From Bilabrum cf. latius (taxonomy: Eukaryota): 64,000 bases of DNA. The position numbers and the translations under genes were made by a program. The number at the start of each line of letters is the position of its first letter. Position 1 is the first letter of the stretch. Under the pieces are notes generated by a model. That model was not told where the DNA came from. It saw nothing but the letters and a program-made list of their open reading frames with translations, and did no database searches. This document shows positions 45,152 through 57,471 of the stretch, one piece after another. The DNA is taken from positions 1 to 64,000 of the forward strand of contig OZ237758.1 in the NCBI GenBank assembly GCA_965178125.1, written 5' to 3'.

Positions 45152-48100
45152 ATGCGGATTCAAAGTAGTGTAGTACTTGCATTTTTAGCATCGTGTGGCT
45201 TCAGTCTGATTCATGAACGATCTTCCAGCGCCCTCAACTTTTTTCGAAGCTAGTTTCCCTCGATTGTGCCCACGTCGAAATGGGCGGTCATAACTTCGAT
45301 TCATCAGGCCACGTCTGCCATATAGAGGCTAACATAGGAAAAAGGGTGGTCTGTCGTTGTTGTAGGCGACCTGAAAACTCCAGAACCATGGCTACTGCCC
45401 AGCGGATGCACCCGTAGGCGTTGCGCTTATGTAGGGGTAAATCAGCAGCGGGAGTTAGCTGAACACCTTGGCTCGCTCAGCTTTTTGCCCTGGAACCACT
45501 ATTCGAGGAAAATGGTTGCGTATCTGTTCGCGATTGCTCACGGTGGTAGGGTGCTGTACGACACGGACGATGACAATGATTTGAAACCCTTTGGGCATGC
45601 AAACCTGTCCGAATCCGAGCTGCTGCTGCAGCAAGAACCCATTGAATCATTTTCTGTGCCGGCTGGCCATGTTGCCGTCGGGACTCTAAGCGGTGCGTGT
45701 GATACCAGTGGGGCATGCCCTGATCATGAGCCGGGAAGCGTAGAGCTCTCCTGCCGGCACAGCGTGAATCCGTACGCTCATTTTGGACAACCCACTCTGT
45801 GGCCGCGCGGGCAACCCCTTCGTTGCGTATCCGCACTGTCCACAACGGTTGCATACCGCATTAGCCCCGATGCGCGGGCGTCGCTGAGGAGTATCGCGCC
45901 TGCCCCAGGAGGTGCGGCATTCCCGCCGGCTGTATTGTAGAGCGTGGTGGATGGTGACCCGGACGTGGACGCGGTGTTTCGACTCACTCGCCGAGCAGCG
46001 GGGCACTCGATAGACGTACGCTTCGACAGCAGCCGACCCCCGCTGCTGCTGCCCCCCGGCCTGGTGGCCCCCTGGAACTCGCAGGCCACGCTGCAGGGCG
46101 CCGCTGCCTTCTTCACTCTGGTCCTGCCAGCGGCCACTTCGTTCCGAGTGACCGACATATGGCGCGCATTCGCAGGGCAGAGGCTCCTCTGGGGCGTCGG
46201 TCGAGGTGTGGCGTTCGTCCCCCCGCTGGTGCATTCGGAGCGCAACCCGCACGACTCGATGAGCGACTACCGGCAGGAGCAGCAGCTGTACGACCAGTCA
46301 GGAGAGCTCATCGAGTTCCTGCTGCGCTGGAAATGGAAGGGAGGGGCGGGCGACTGCGGGCGGGGGGAGTGGCCCTCGACCGGCGGCTTGCCGGAAGCAA
46401 GCCAGATGGCGGTGTGTCTCGCGCGCGCCATGGTGGAGGGGGGCTTCTTGAAGAGATCTGATGCGCAGCTCGTGGAGGCATTTCAGAGGGATCTGCAGCT
46501 GTTGGGGTACCAGCCCCCTGCAGTAGTGCAACGGGGGGATGCAGGAACGGTTGGTCTGGAAGATGAGCAAGGCAGCGACCCAGGGGAGCAGGCTGAGAGA
46601 GATGCAAGCTCCGGCGTGGTGGACTGGTTTGGTAGTGCACAAGCAAGCATATCGACGGGTCTGGATGGTCCAGGCACTGTTCGCGTGTCGATGGGTGTTT
46701 AGAGAGGAGGACCAGCCGATCGGTTCAGGGCAGCGACCCCCTTGTCTCAGCAAGTACCTGCCGCGGGCAAAGGCACAAGCGGTGGCTCGGCCGAGCTGCC
46801 CCCTTCCATGGGATCGGGGCCAGTGGTGCCTGCACCCACTGTGCCATAGGCCAGACATTCGCTGCACAAGTTACCGCAGACCCACGCTGGGCTGCTGACC
46901 CATGCCCGCGACAGCATCGATGCTCAGAACCGGCTCTCTGGGTGGCTTCAGCCAGCCGACTGCCGCACCGCCCGTCTGGCGATCCTGGACGCCAGCGAAG
47001 CATCGCCCTCTGGCCTGGGCTCCTACCTGCACATTCTCCTGATCAACTTGTGGAGAGCGCGCCGCACTGGCCGCACCCCTGTGTTCCTTGGTGTCCACCT
47101 GGGGGCCTACTCGCGGGAGGCAGTGTGCCCGACTGGCGGCCTCGAGTGCTACCTGCAGTGGAAGCAGCAGTGCACCCCGGAACACGCAGGATAGCCCAGT
47201 GCATGGGCAACAGACCTGAGGGCCGATGCGCGGGTGGCATACCAGAAGCTGGATTTCTTCGGGGACTTCTCGAGCAACTATTCGTGTGTGTGGGCGGGGG
47301 AGCAAAAGGGTGCAGCGGACTGCAGAGGGGGGTCGCCCGGTGTTGACCTCGCAACAGAGGACCTGGATCCGCTGGCGGGGCACCGTCTGCAGCACTCGCA
47401 GTTGTTTCACGTTGCTGGGATCCTGCGGCTGGCTCCGCTGCAGCCGTGGGTTGCGGAGGTCAAGGAAGGCCTCAGGCGCCTGCTCGGGCTGGCAGACGGG
47501 GGCACCTTCGGGGCAGTGCAGTTCCGGTCCAAGTTCGTGAAGAAGGTGGAGGGCATCCAGCAGTCGTCCTCGCAGGCTGTCAAGGTGCTCCGGCTGGCAC
47601 TGCATGCGTTCGGGCAGGGTGGCCTTGGCGGGGGTGCATCAGGGGGGCAGGGCGGGAATGTCACCAGGTTGACGCCGAGAGGTGACTTGATCCAGGGCAC
47701 TGGCAGTGCGCCGGCTGGTCGCGTTTTGATCGAGAGCGACCACCCCATGGCCCTCGAGTCGTTCGCGTCCATGCAGCCAGAGCTCCAGTGGGTGCGGGTG
47801 CCGCGGTGCCTGTTCAAGTCACTGCTGCCTGTGCGGGTTCGGAATGCAGACGGGAAAGAAGAGACCGGAGGGGCGCACGGTGTGTTCGGCGTGCACGTGA
47901 TGGACAGGCTCAAGGCGGCGAGGGAATTGGAGGAGGGCGCGGGGGGCGTCGATCCAGATGCACGGAGGGCCGCGAGGGTGCGGCAGTGCCCTGCACTCGA
48001 GCAGCTGCCCGAGCACGACGAGGCTGCGCTGATGCTGGCCGTGACAGAGCTACTCAGCGAGGGCGCCCCGCTGGTCTGCGGGTTCTCTTCCAACCTGTGC

Positions 48101-48244
48101 CGGCTGGCGTATGGCATGGCCGCGAGACACAGCTTCCCCCCCATGCACGTGGACGTGGACGGGGGCACGTACTTCCTTGGATCAATCCAGCCGCATGTGA
48201 ACATCTGCAAGGAGTGGTGGAGGCCGATGCAGGGCGTGCCATGA
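45152..48244 (+). CDS. STELLO/DUF288-like domain fused to a GT23 (alpha-1,6-fucosyltransferase)-like domain, ~1,030 aa
   Basis: KWAVITSI, WSVVVVGDLKTP, LPWNHYSRKMVAYLFAI, YDTDDDN, DGDPDVDAVFRLTR, FRVTDIWR; then QPADCRTAR...GLGSYLH and LVCGFSSNLCRLAY; 7 TAG. Confidence 0.75.
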
Positions 48245-48367
48245 GTGCGAGGAAAAGTCAGATCTATGAGCTGAAGCACTTCCGAAGGTGATGAGGAACT
48301 CGGAGTCCAAAACATCGACAGAACAGGGATGATTTGTTGTGTTGTACCAATCAACGCAATGATGAAT

Positions 48368-51300
48368 TCACATGAATGAATCCTTCAGGGCCGCCTTGGT
48401 GGCATGCATCAGTTCAGTGATGCTGTGCGCCCAGTCCGCTGCCTGCTCCTCGTCGTCCGCAGCCAGCAGGTAGGTCCTCTCCTGGGTCTCTACCCGAACG
48501 AGGTATGGTGTGGGGGAGGACACACCCGGGATGCCCTTCGAGTAGCCCACCTGCTTGAGCTGCACCGCAAGAATGTCTCCTTTAGCGGTCTTGGTGTCCT
48601 CACCGGTGAAGTACATGATGCATGGGATGCTCTGCTTGACCTGGTCCTGATCAGCGCCCACAAGCTCCGCGTCCTGCATGGTGGGCAGCAGCACGAAGAA
48701 CCGCCGGGTCCACTTGCGCATGGAGCCGTCTGTCTTGTGCAACCACCCAGCCATGGGGTCAATCATCTCGAAGCGCGCCCTGGGGCCCGCTTCGGAGCTG
48801 CCTTGGCCCTCACTCGGCACTGCTGGAGGTTCCTGGGGACCACCCGCCCCCGACTACGGGTCTGCCCCACTGTCGTGATCTTGTTTGACCCCTTGCTATG
48901 CTCCTTGCGCATGGTCGGTATCCTGCTCCTGCTCCTGCTCCCCACCCGAGTCCTCGTCTTCCATCTCGTCCATGCTGTCGTTGGCCTGACCGCCCCCGGG
49001 TGAGCCTTGCTGCCGGGGCGCTGCACCTTGACGACTAGCACCAGCCCCAGCTTGTGATGATGCAGCCAATTCTGATGCAGCTTTGGCCTAGGCCCCGCCA
49101 GCACCCTGGTCCACTGTCGTGATTCCAGCTGCCTGCAGTGCACTGCACACGCGGTCTCGCGCCTCTGTGGTTTTGAAGGCCCACCAGACCTCCTGCGCCT
49201 CCCCCACCACGCTCCCCTCCACCACCTCGCGCTCCAGCAGACACAGGAATGCCTCAGATCCCGGCGGCATGGACACAGACAGCTCTGTCAGCACTGCAGC
49301 AGCCTAAGCAGAGCTCCGGGCCACAGCCAGCTGCAGGCAGACACCTGCGCGCTTCGCAAGATCCGTGGGCTGTTTCCCTGCGGGCACGAGAGCAGTGAGG
49401 CTGGGGCCCGAGCTGGCGCTGGACCACGCATCAGATGCCTGCTGAGCGATGCATGGCACCACCCACGCAGGTATGGCTTGCACATCCCCACCACCCGCCT
49501 GCCTCTGCTGCTGCTCCTGCAGTTCCCTCGCCTGCAGCTCATCAAACAGGACGGAAACCTCTTGTGGGCTCCAGCTCACGCCACGTCCGTCCTCGTCTGC
49601 CTTTAGGACGAGGGCGTGCTGACGCAGGGCAGACGGTGAGGCTCGGCTGCTGCCTGCTGCTGCAACTTGCCCCTGTGCTCCTGCAGCACCGCTCACTGTC
49701 GTCAGCTGCGCCCCCTCTCCTGCACCGGGTGCATCTGTAGTAGCGGTCGCAAGTGCTGCCTCTTTCGACGGCTACGAGTGCTCCCTTGGTGAGGAAGGGG
49801 AAGGTTCCTTGCAGGATGCAGCTGCAGCGCTCGATACTTGCGCCTATTCTGCCTTCGAATGACCGGCCGTGGAGCGCCCGCGGCACTGGGGCAGCCCGAT
49901 GGTGGAGGCCAGCCCATTCCACACTCTCCTGGAGTGCACCGCATCCCCCAGGCCCCACCACCCTTCCTCCGCCGCGTCTACAGCAGGCACCTAGGCGTCA
50001 TCTGCGTCGTGCACCGGGACCTCCCAGAGCCGAACCGCCCATGCGCACTGATTGGGCAGCGCAGGGGCTCCCACCTCCTGCAGCAGCAGACGGGCCTGCG
50101 CCGCGGGCCACAGGTCTGCGCGTGCGATGGCATACCCAGCCCGTCTCGCCAACGTGCCGGCTGTCTGGCTGGAGGCCTGCAGTGGCAGCAACGACGGATG
50201 CTCATCCGCGGGAGAGGAGCGGGACACGGCGCAGGGGGCGGCCCACTCGGGCACACCGGCGTCTCGTGGCAGGCAGCACGAGCCGTCCGCCAGCAGCGGG
50301 TCGGCAGCCGGGCTGGGGACTGTCGCAACGCACAAGAGCTTGGGAACCCACTCAGGACGCGGCTCAGTACCGCTCGATAGTTCCGCAGCCTGTGCCTGCA
50401 GCATCCATACCTTGCTCTGGGCCTGGGTTCTGGCCAACAACTTCCCATTGCTAATACCCCCTTCCATGATGTCGTCAGACCCCACATCTACCCCTACTTC
50501 CGGCAGCGGCAGTCTACGGCCCGCCATCGCACTGCCGGCCTGCCAGAGGCACATGGCCCAGTCCACGAGAGCATGCGACCCGTCTGCCTGAAACGAAAGG
50601 TCGGCGGTCGAATGGTCAGGGCCTGCTGCTGCATCCGGCGCTCGCAGGAAGTGCTTGAACTGCAGGACCAGTCGGTCCGCTGCGTCCTCCTGCTCTTCCT
50701 GCGTGGGGACACTAGGCAACATCTTCGGGCTCCCATCAGTGGCAAGGGTAAAGTTCTGGATGGAGTCCACCAGAGATGCTGCCACCGCAGCAGCGTCGCC
50801 GTCCACCGCGGTAGACTCGCCTGTCGGTGCAACAAACGGCTGGGCAGCTTCATGTAGCAGCGGGGCTGCCGCCTGGACGTGCCGAGTAGCCGTGCCCAGC
50901 AGCTTGACGCGCGCTTGCTCCGACCCTGCGAGTGGCAACACGCTGGACAAAGCATACTCTTCCACCTCTGCCTCTGCCCCTGCGCCTCCAGCCGCCTGCA
51001 CGCCGGTCGGTGTCATCAGCACGATAGCTGGGCTGGCGTGCTCGCCCACCCGCTCTATCTCCTCCGGCGAGAGGGGCAGGTCGGATGCGTCCTGCGGCCT
51101 CAGCACGACCGCTGCCAGCATCGTGGGTGCCTCCGGGGATCCTGCTTCCCGGACCCAGCCCATCATTGGTTCGGGCAGGTCAGGGACAGGCAGGTCCAGC
51201 CCCCGCCTCTGCGCCATCCTCTCGGCCTCCTCGCCGAGCTGCCGCACTGCAGCGTCCAGGGTGTGCGCGCTCTGCCGACGAGCAGTGGGGCGCACGCTGG

Positions 51301-53461
51301 GCTTGCTGCTCCCTGCAGGAGTGTTACTGGCTGGCACGCTGGCACGGCCAGCAGCACGCGTGGCGGTAGTCTCGCCCGCGCCATCCGTAGGGCCGGGGGC
51401 GGGTTCGAGGGTGCTGGCAGCGCTGGACTCGCGCCCACCCTCAAGTTTGCTTCCGCGTTCACTTTCAGGCTCCGAGTCAGCCGCCCACCTGCTAGCCGGG
51501 GAGGGGGGCCCCAGGCCGGACGCAGCGGAGGACGGCGTCACGGGCTGCACGCCAGCCACTCCCCCATCCTCTGCGATCTGCACCCGTACTCGCTGCAGCT
51601 GCCCACCCGCCTCCTCATCGACCGACCCGCTTTCCTCCGCGCCCTCTGCCGACCCCTTCGGCATGTTCTGCCCCAGGCTCCTCCCGCTCGTGGCCCGCAC
51701 CCCCCAGTCGAACCACTCCCTCCACAGACGGGCACTGCCCAGCGCCAGCCACAGAATGCGCCGCTCCCTTCCCCCGCGCTTTCCACCGGTGACCACGTCA
51801 AAGTCGCCGTACTGCCCATCGCCCCCCGTCTCGATCAGGTACTCTTGCGGCTCGCACACGAAGCCCACGAACCAGCGCGCCTGCTTTGGTGCCCTGTGCA
51901 GCTTGTCCAGCAAGAGGCGGGAGGGCACGGGGCCTGCCATGGACGGATTCCACTCGTACTCCCATGTGTCGTCAATGGTGAGCGCTTCGTCCCGATGTGG
52001 GGTGCTCAGCATGAAGAGGCCCTTCTGGGTCTCGCCATACACCATGCCAGCGCCCGGGGCATCCGCTCGTCGGGCAGCGACCACCTCGGCCCCAGCGATG
52101 GACACGCTCCCGTTCACCTGCCCGCCCTTCTGAGTGCCCCTGGCAGCGGCCCAGTGCGGATTGTCCTCTCTCCAGTCGAGCACCTGAGACACCCTGTCCA
52201 TCGAGATCCACCTGGCCGCCCAGCTGCTCCCCGAGGCGCTGCTCTTCAGCGCCCAGCCCTCCCTGGCGAATACCCGCCGGCGCATGGAAGCGTGCTCTAG
52301 CACCAGTCGCCTGCCCTCTGCGGCCAGGGGCGGCGCTGCGCCTTCGTTGAAAGCGAGGGCGTCATCGTTCGCGTCCCGCCAGGTCACCCGCACGTCGCCC
52401 ACCGCCTCGGGGCCCCTCCCGTGCAGCCGGTGTGCCACGTCCACCTCAAGCGGCCCGACTTTCTTCACGTGCTTGGGGTGCCTCGCGCGGTCCCTGCGCC
52501 CCGACTTGCCGCCCATTCCGTCGGCTGCAGCCGCCACTTGCGGCGACAGACGGCCCCCGCCCGTGGGTGACCCCGACCGCGGCGAGGAGGAACCAGGGCC
52601 AGATCCAGGGCCCAGGTCGGCGCCCACCACCTCATCGCCCCGCTCCTCCGCGGCCTCCTCCAGCGCCCGTTCCACTGCAGCGGCTGCTCTCCTCAGCTCC
52701 ATGTTGGTCGCAAACGAGCCCGCCCCGGAGGTGCTCGAGCGAGCACCCCTGCCAGACTGCAGCTCCGTGGCGATGCGGGCCCGGGAAGACGTGCTGTGCA
52801 GACTGGGCGCCGGAAGTCTCACGCCCCCCGGGCTTTCGTCAACTTGCCCCGCATCAGCTCGTGCTGCCGCTAGCGTGCGCTCGTCCTCATCTCCGGGCAG
52901 CATCAGGTGCACCAGCGTCCGCGGCTTGGCGATGTCCTTACCCTCTAGGGCCACCATGCCACGTTTGCTTCGCTTCTACAGCCGAAAGCTCTTCGTGTTG
53001 TGCTTTTCTGCCCCTTCTCGCAAATGATCCATCTCATCATCCTCTAGCGCAGCAGCAGGCACGAGATCCACGCCCTTTGGTGGGTGCGACCGGACCGCAC
53101 CGGTTCGCAGACTGACCCAGATCGTGTCTCCGGTCTTCCGATCTATTCTGGCACTCCATTCTGATGGCTAGGAGTACATGTTGCGCACTGGCCCTTTCTT
53201 CGCTCGCTGCTCCGAAGCATGCTGTGCAACTACGGGCGCTCCCCGTAGCAACGAGTCAGCGCCCATCAACGACTCTGGATGTTTGCCAGACGAGCGGCCG
53301 TCACTATCGTTGATGGATCGAGAGCTTGTACGAGTATCATTTTCAAGCTTGCGCTATCTGCGACGGGCTGCCGCAGATGTGCTAGTCGCCTCGGGCTGCG
53401 GATCGATAAAATCCTCTCTGCCGGCGCCGTCTCGCTAGAAGCTTTTGAATGCACCAGACAT
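48368..53461 (-). CDS. Large multidomain protein (~1,697 aa) with WW-like and PH domains
   Basis: One frame through ~11 TAGs; EWSARIDRKTGDTIWVSLRTG (WW-like); REGWALK...WAARW and MAGWLHK...KWTRRFFVL...RTYLLAA......DW (PH). Confidence 0.75.
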
Positions 53462-53700
53462 ACAAAGTCTTTAAAGAGAGAGTGGAATATATCAATTGGT
53501 GGGACTTTGGTCCCGCGTCTCACAAGCTGATGTACACTATTGCAATTCCTGTTTTATTGGTGTTCCGTTCAGGTCGCTTCAAGTTCGTGCCCGTTGGGGC
53601 AGTCTTGGTCGCCAGCCAGCCTGCCGAGCCGAACCAGCCAGCCCACACCTTTCAACACAATGTGCGTGCTGCCTCGAACTTCTGGCCATTAAGTCGAAAA

Positions 53701-55875
53701 TCACGATTCAATCTTGCTGGCAGTGCCCTCGGCCCCCTTTGAACCCCTCCGCTGCTCCCTCGCCATCGCGTCAAGCACAGCCTGCGGACCCCCTGCAACG
53801 CCCGTGCCACCCCTCACAGCCACCATGGCTGCTCCTGGCGGCAGCAGTGCCGCCCCCTCCCGGGCCCGCAGCTGCCCCCCCGCGGTGACGGGCCCCGCCC
53901 ACGTCCCCATCCCGCCGGGGGCGCGTCCTGCCCCCGCCACGCCCGCCGACTGCTCCTTGCGGAACTGCTCGCGGCGCCGCGCCCTGTCCTGTGCCCTGGC
54001 CCTGGCTGCCACCGCGTCCGAGAAATCCTCCCCACGTGCCCCAATGAGCACCTGCACGGGGGCCTGGTTGCAGCGGGACCGAAGCAGTGTGCCGGGGGCT
54101 GCGGGTGAGCCGGTACCTGTCGGTGGATCTTGACCCGGATTCGCCTCCCCTGCACTGCCCCCAGATGGACTGCCTGTGGGCCCATCATCATCTGCTCTAG
54201 TAGATGCACGCAATGCTCCCTCCCCCTCCCCCTCCCCCTCCCCCTCCTCCACGACCTCGTCCCCGCGGGGCACCGACACGGGCGTGTAGAACTGCCCGAT
54301 CTTGAGCCCCGTGAACACCGACACGCTCCCATCCAGCACTGCCTCGCTGATGGGCTGCGAACCCGCACGACCCCCCTCAACCTCTGACCCAGCGCTCTCC
54401 CCTGCCCCGGCCCCGGCCTGCACGCCCATCCCGGCCTGCTCCAGAGCGGCAGTGGCCCGCCGCGCTGCCTCCTGGGCGCGAGCTGCCCGCTTGCGAAGCA
54501 TCTCCACGCCGCCCCTGCCACTGCCACTACCGCCGCTACCACTGCTGCCGCCTCTCGCCTCTCCCTTGCTCTCGCCTGCGCCTTCCCCCCGCAGCCCTAC
54601 TTGCGGCAGCCCTGCATTCAGCCCTTGCAGCAGCTCGCACGCCTGGCACAGCCGCCGACTGGTCATGTACCCGCATCTCTCACATTGACGAGCCACAGTG
54701 GCAGATGCCCCGTACCCAGGGGGCTTGGTAGGCGCAGGTGCAGGTGCAGGCGCAGGTGCAGGTGCTGCACCGGAAGGAGGAGGAGAGCTAGACGAGGGCA
54801 GCGAGGGCAGGCCCGGTCCGGTACTGGGCCCTCCTGTTCCTCCTGCCACTGGATCCTCCTTCCGGCTGCATCTTCCCCCGCTTTGACACCCCTTTCCAGC
54901 ACCACACCCACCTTGCCCGCCGCAGCCCTTTTTGGACTTGCCCGCCGCTTTGTCTCTCCCCTTGCCCCTCTTGCCCCTCTGTCGACCTCCTCCCTTCGAC
55001 CCCGCAGAAGCCCCCTTCCCCTTCCCCTCGCCCCTCATGGGCACCAGAGGCACCATCTGCTCCGCTGCGTGGATGATGTCCAGCACCGCCGAGGGCCTCG
55101 CCGCCTCGAGGTCCTTGAGAAACTCACGGGCATACCCGCGGTAGGCGTTAGGGGAATACACGCACTCCGTGGAGAAGTAGTCCAGGTTCTTGTGGTAGGC
55201 GTACATCACAATTTCCTTTTCATACGCGTACTTGAACGGCTTGCAGCGCGGAAGGGATCCCCCATCGCCGGCCGTGGTGATGCTGACGCACCTGCGCAGC
55301 CGTGCCACGTCTCCGCGCAGGATGTTCATCAAAACTGTCTCCGCGACGTCGTCTGCATTATGGCCCGTAACTAGCTTGTCGGCCTTGATCAAGTCGGCAC
55401 CGCGATCTAAAGCTTGCCTCCGAAACACCCCGCACACGGTGCAGTTGGACTTTAGACCAATCACGGACACTACGCGATCCATAGTCCAGCCGAATAGGTC
55501 TTTGTACGACAATACTTGCAGTGGTAGCTAGTACTAATCCTTGTTCCTTCGAACTGTCTCCAGCGAGTCATCTCGATACCCAGTGATGCCTTCATCGATT
55601 GACAGCAGCACCAGGTCGAGCCCGTAGTCGTAGCGTCTGTTCAGCATTGTCAGCACGTGAGCCAGTACAGTTGAGTCTTTGCCCCCAGACGCGCCAATGG
55701 CAACGCGCTCGCCTCTTGTAAACAGCTTCTCCCGTACGATAGTGTCGTGCACTTCGTCTTCGAAGCATCGGAAAAAGCACTGCTTGCAGACCTTGTCTCC
55801 GTTCCTAGGTCGTTTGAGCACAGCCCTTGCAGAGCCACAAGCCACACATAGCCTAGATTTCGGGACAGCTTCCAT
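53701..55875 (-). CDS. CTU1: Cytoplasmic tRNA 2-thiolation protein 1 (Ncs6)
   Basis: [10 protein letters not shown]-loop, [57 protein letters not shown]...CQAC. Confidence 0.95.
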
Positions 55876-55932
55876 TTGGCACGTTTAGGAGAAGCTGCTA
55901 TTGCGGGGCGAAACTTTTCGTGTTCCTGCCGT

Positions 55933-55952
55933 AGCGCTACAGTGCAGTGCAA
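55933..55952. promoter_or_regulatory. Candidate promoter motif AGCGCTACAGTGCAGTGCAA (copy 2)
   Basis: Identical to 43770-43789. Confidence 0.35.
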
Positions 55953-56027
55953 TTTTGCGAAAGCACGTTGCTGTTGTCCTACATTGGCCCATACAGCTGG
56001 ATTTCAACATGTTGCCAAGATAACGTT

Positions 56028-56954
56028 ATGAAAATTGGCCGATATAATAGTTGGAGGTTCAAGCAGCGGACATTCTCGGTCATTTTTGCCCTGAAGCGTG
56101 GGTTTTGCTTGACTTTGAAAAGGGCTGATGTGGCAAAGCAGAGCATCAAAGCATCGATCAAGAGCCGCATTAGCTTTAGAATCACCGACACACATTCCAC
56201 CCACATTAAAGGCCTTGCTGATGCCCTTGTCCGCCTCAATGAGTCTCCTATTGCGAAGCATTTGGCGACGGTGATACCAGGCCGGATAGCGCAAGTGACA
56301 GGCTCCGCCCAAGGCTTTCAGTGGCGAGTGAAGCGAAAGACAGACGCAGGGTATCAATGCTAGGCAAAGGATGGAGGAATGGTGCAAGATGTCTTCCTGG
56401 TGTTCCGAAGGCAAGGAAGAAACGAGGTGAGCGAGGGTGAGCTGCTTGCCGCACTCGAGTTCTCCGCTAGCGGGCCCCTGGGGGCAGCTGCCCGCCGGTA
56501 GCGCGCGAGGGAGCTGCGACTTGCAGAGGACCGCGCCAAGCAAGCCGCATTGCGCCTTGAGGCTGCGCGCCAGGGGGTGCGGCCCCTCTCAGGTGGAGGG
56601 CCTAGCGCCGGCAGTCCCGCAGCCAGGAGTACCTGTGCTACTAGTAGTGCCTGTGGGCGAGGAGCCGCTGGCAATCTGCCCCTAGCAGGTGACTCTGGCG
56701 TTAGTTTGTCTGCTAGTAGCAGTGGTAGGGTGCGGTGTCGGAGGGAGAGGGTAAGGGCAGCGGAGGCCAGGCGACAGGCGCGGGAGGATGCCCTGCGAGA
56801 GCTGGGCGAGGCCCGTGCGGAGGCCAGGCGGCGAGCTGCGAGAGCCAAGCGGCTGGCGGGCGGCCTGATGGACGGGTAGCCTGCCAGTGCCAGTTGGGGG
56901 GCGGTTCCGAGCAGGACGGAAGGGGCCAGAGGGAATGGCGGGGGCAGGTTGTGA
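56028..56954 (+). CDS. DUF2103-like protein
   Basis: THSTHIKGL...VIPGRI...GYQC*AKDGGMVQDVFL; 3 TAG; TGA at 56952. Confidence 0.6.
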
Positions 56955-57471
56955 GCGTGCAGAATCGAGATGCGTGGGTCAGCACTGCCGGGTGCTGCTA
57001 GAATTCTGCTTGATGATGAGAGTGCACGATACCGACCGCCCCGACAAGAAGAAGATTAAACACCCCGACAGGTTCCGTAGCCATGCGCGTGCTTGCGACG
57101 ACCATATAAGCATAGCTGTTGAGGGAGTACCTACGCAAGTAGTGCCACTAACAGCACCGAAATAGCTGTTTACTCACGATTGCCCGACTTTACCACGGCT
57201 TTTAGCCGTTGATCTTGGTGAGATTCTTGTCGAAGTCGAATGTGACCTGCAACGTGATGATGCCCTGCGCACGGCCCGGATGCACGCCATCGGATGATGC
57301 AGGCACTGATTCATTATCTAGCACATTAAATCCAACTCAAGTTGCTGCCAGTATGCCGAGGAACCCCTCGATATCTAAGCAGTGCTGCTCCTAGTAGTTG
57401 GTGATGCTTAGAGCACGTGTATCAACGACCACCAACCTTCCCTTCCCACAAATGTCAATGCAGGCGTTGAG

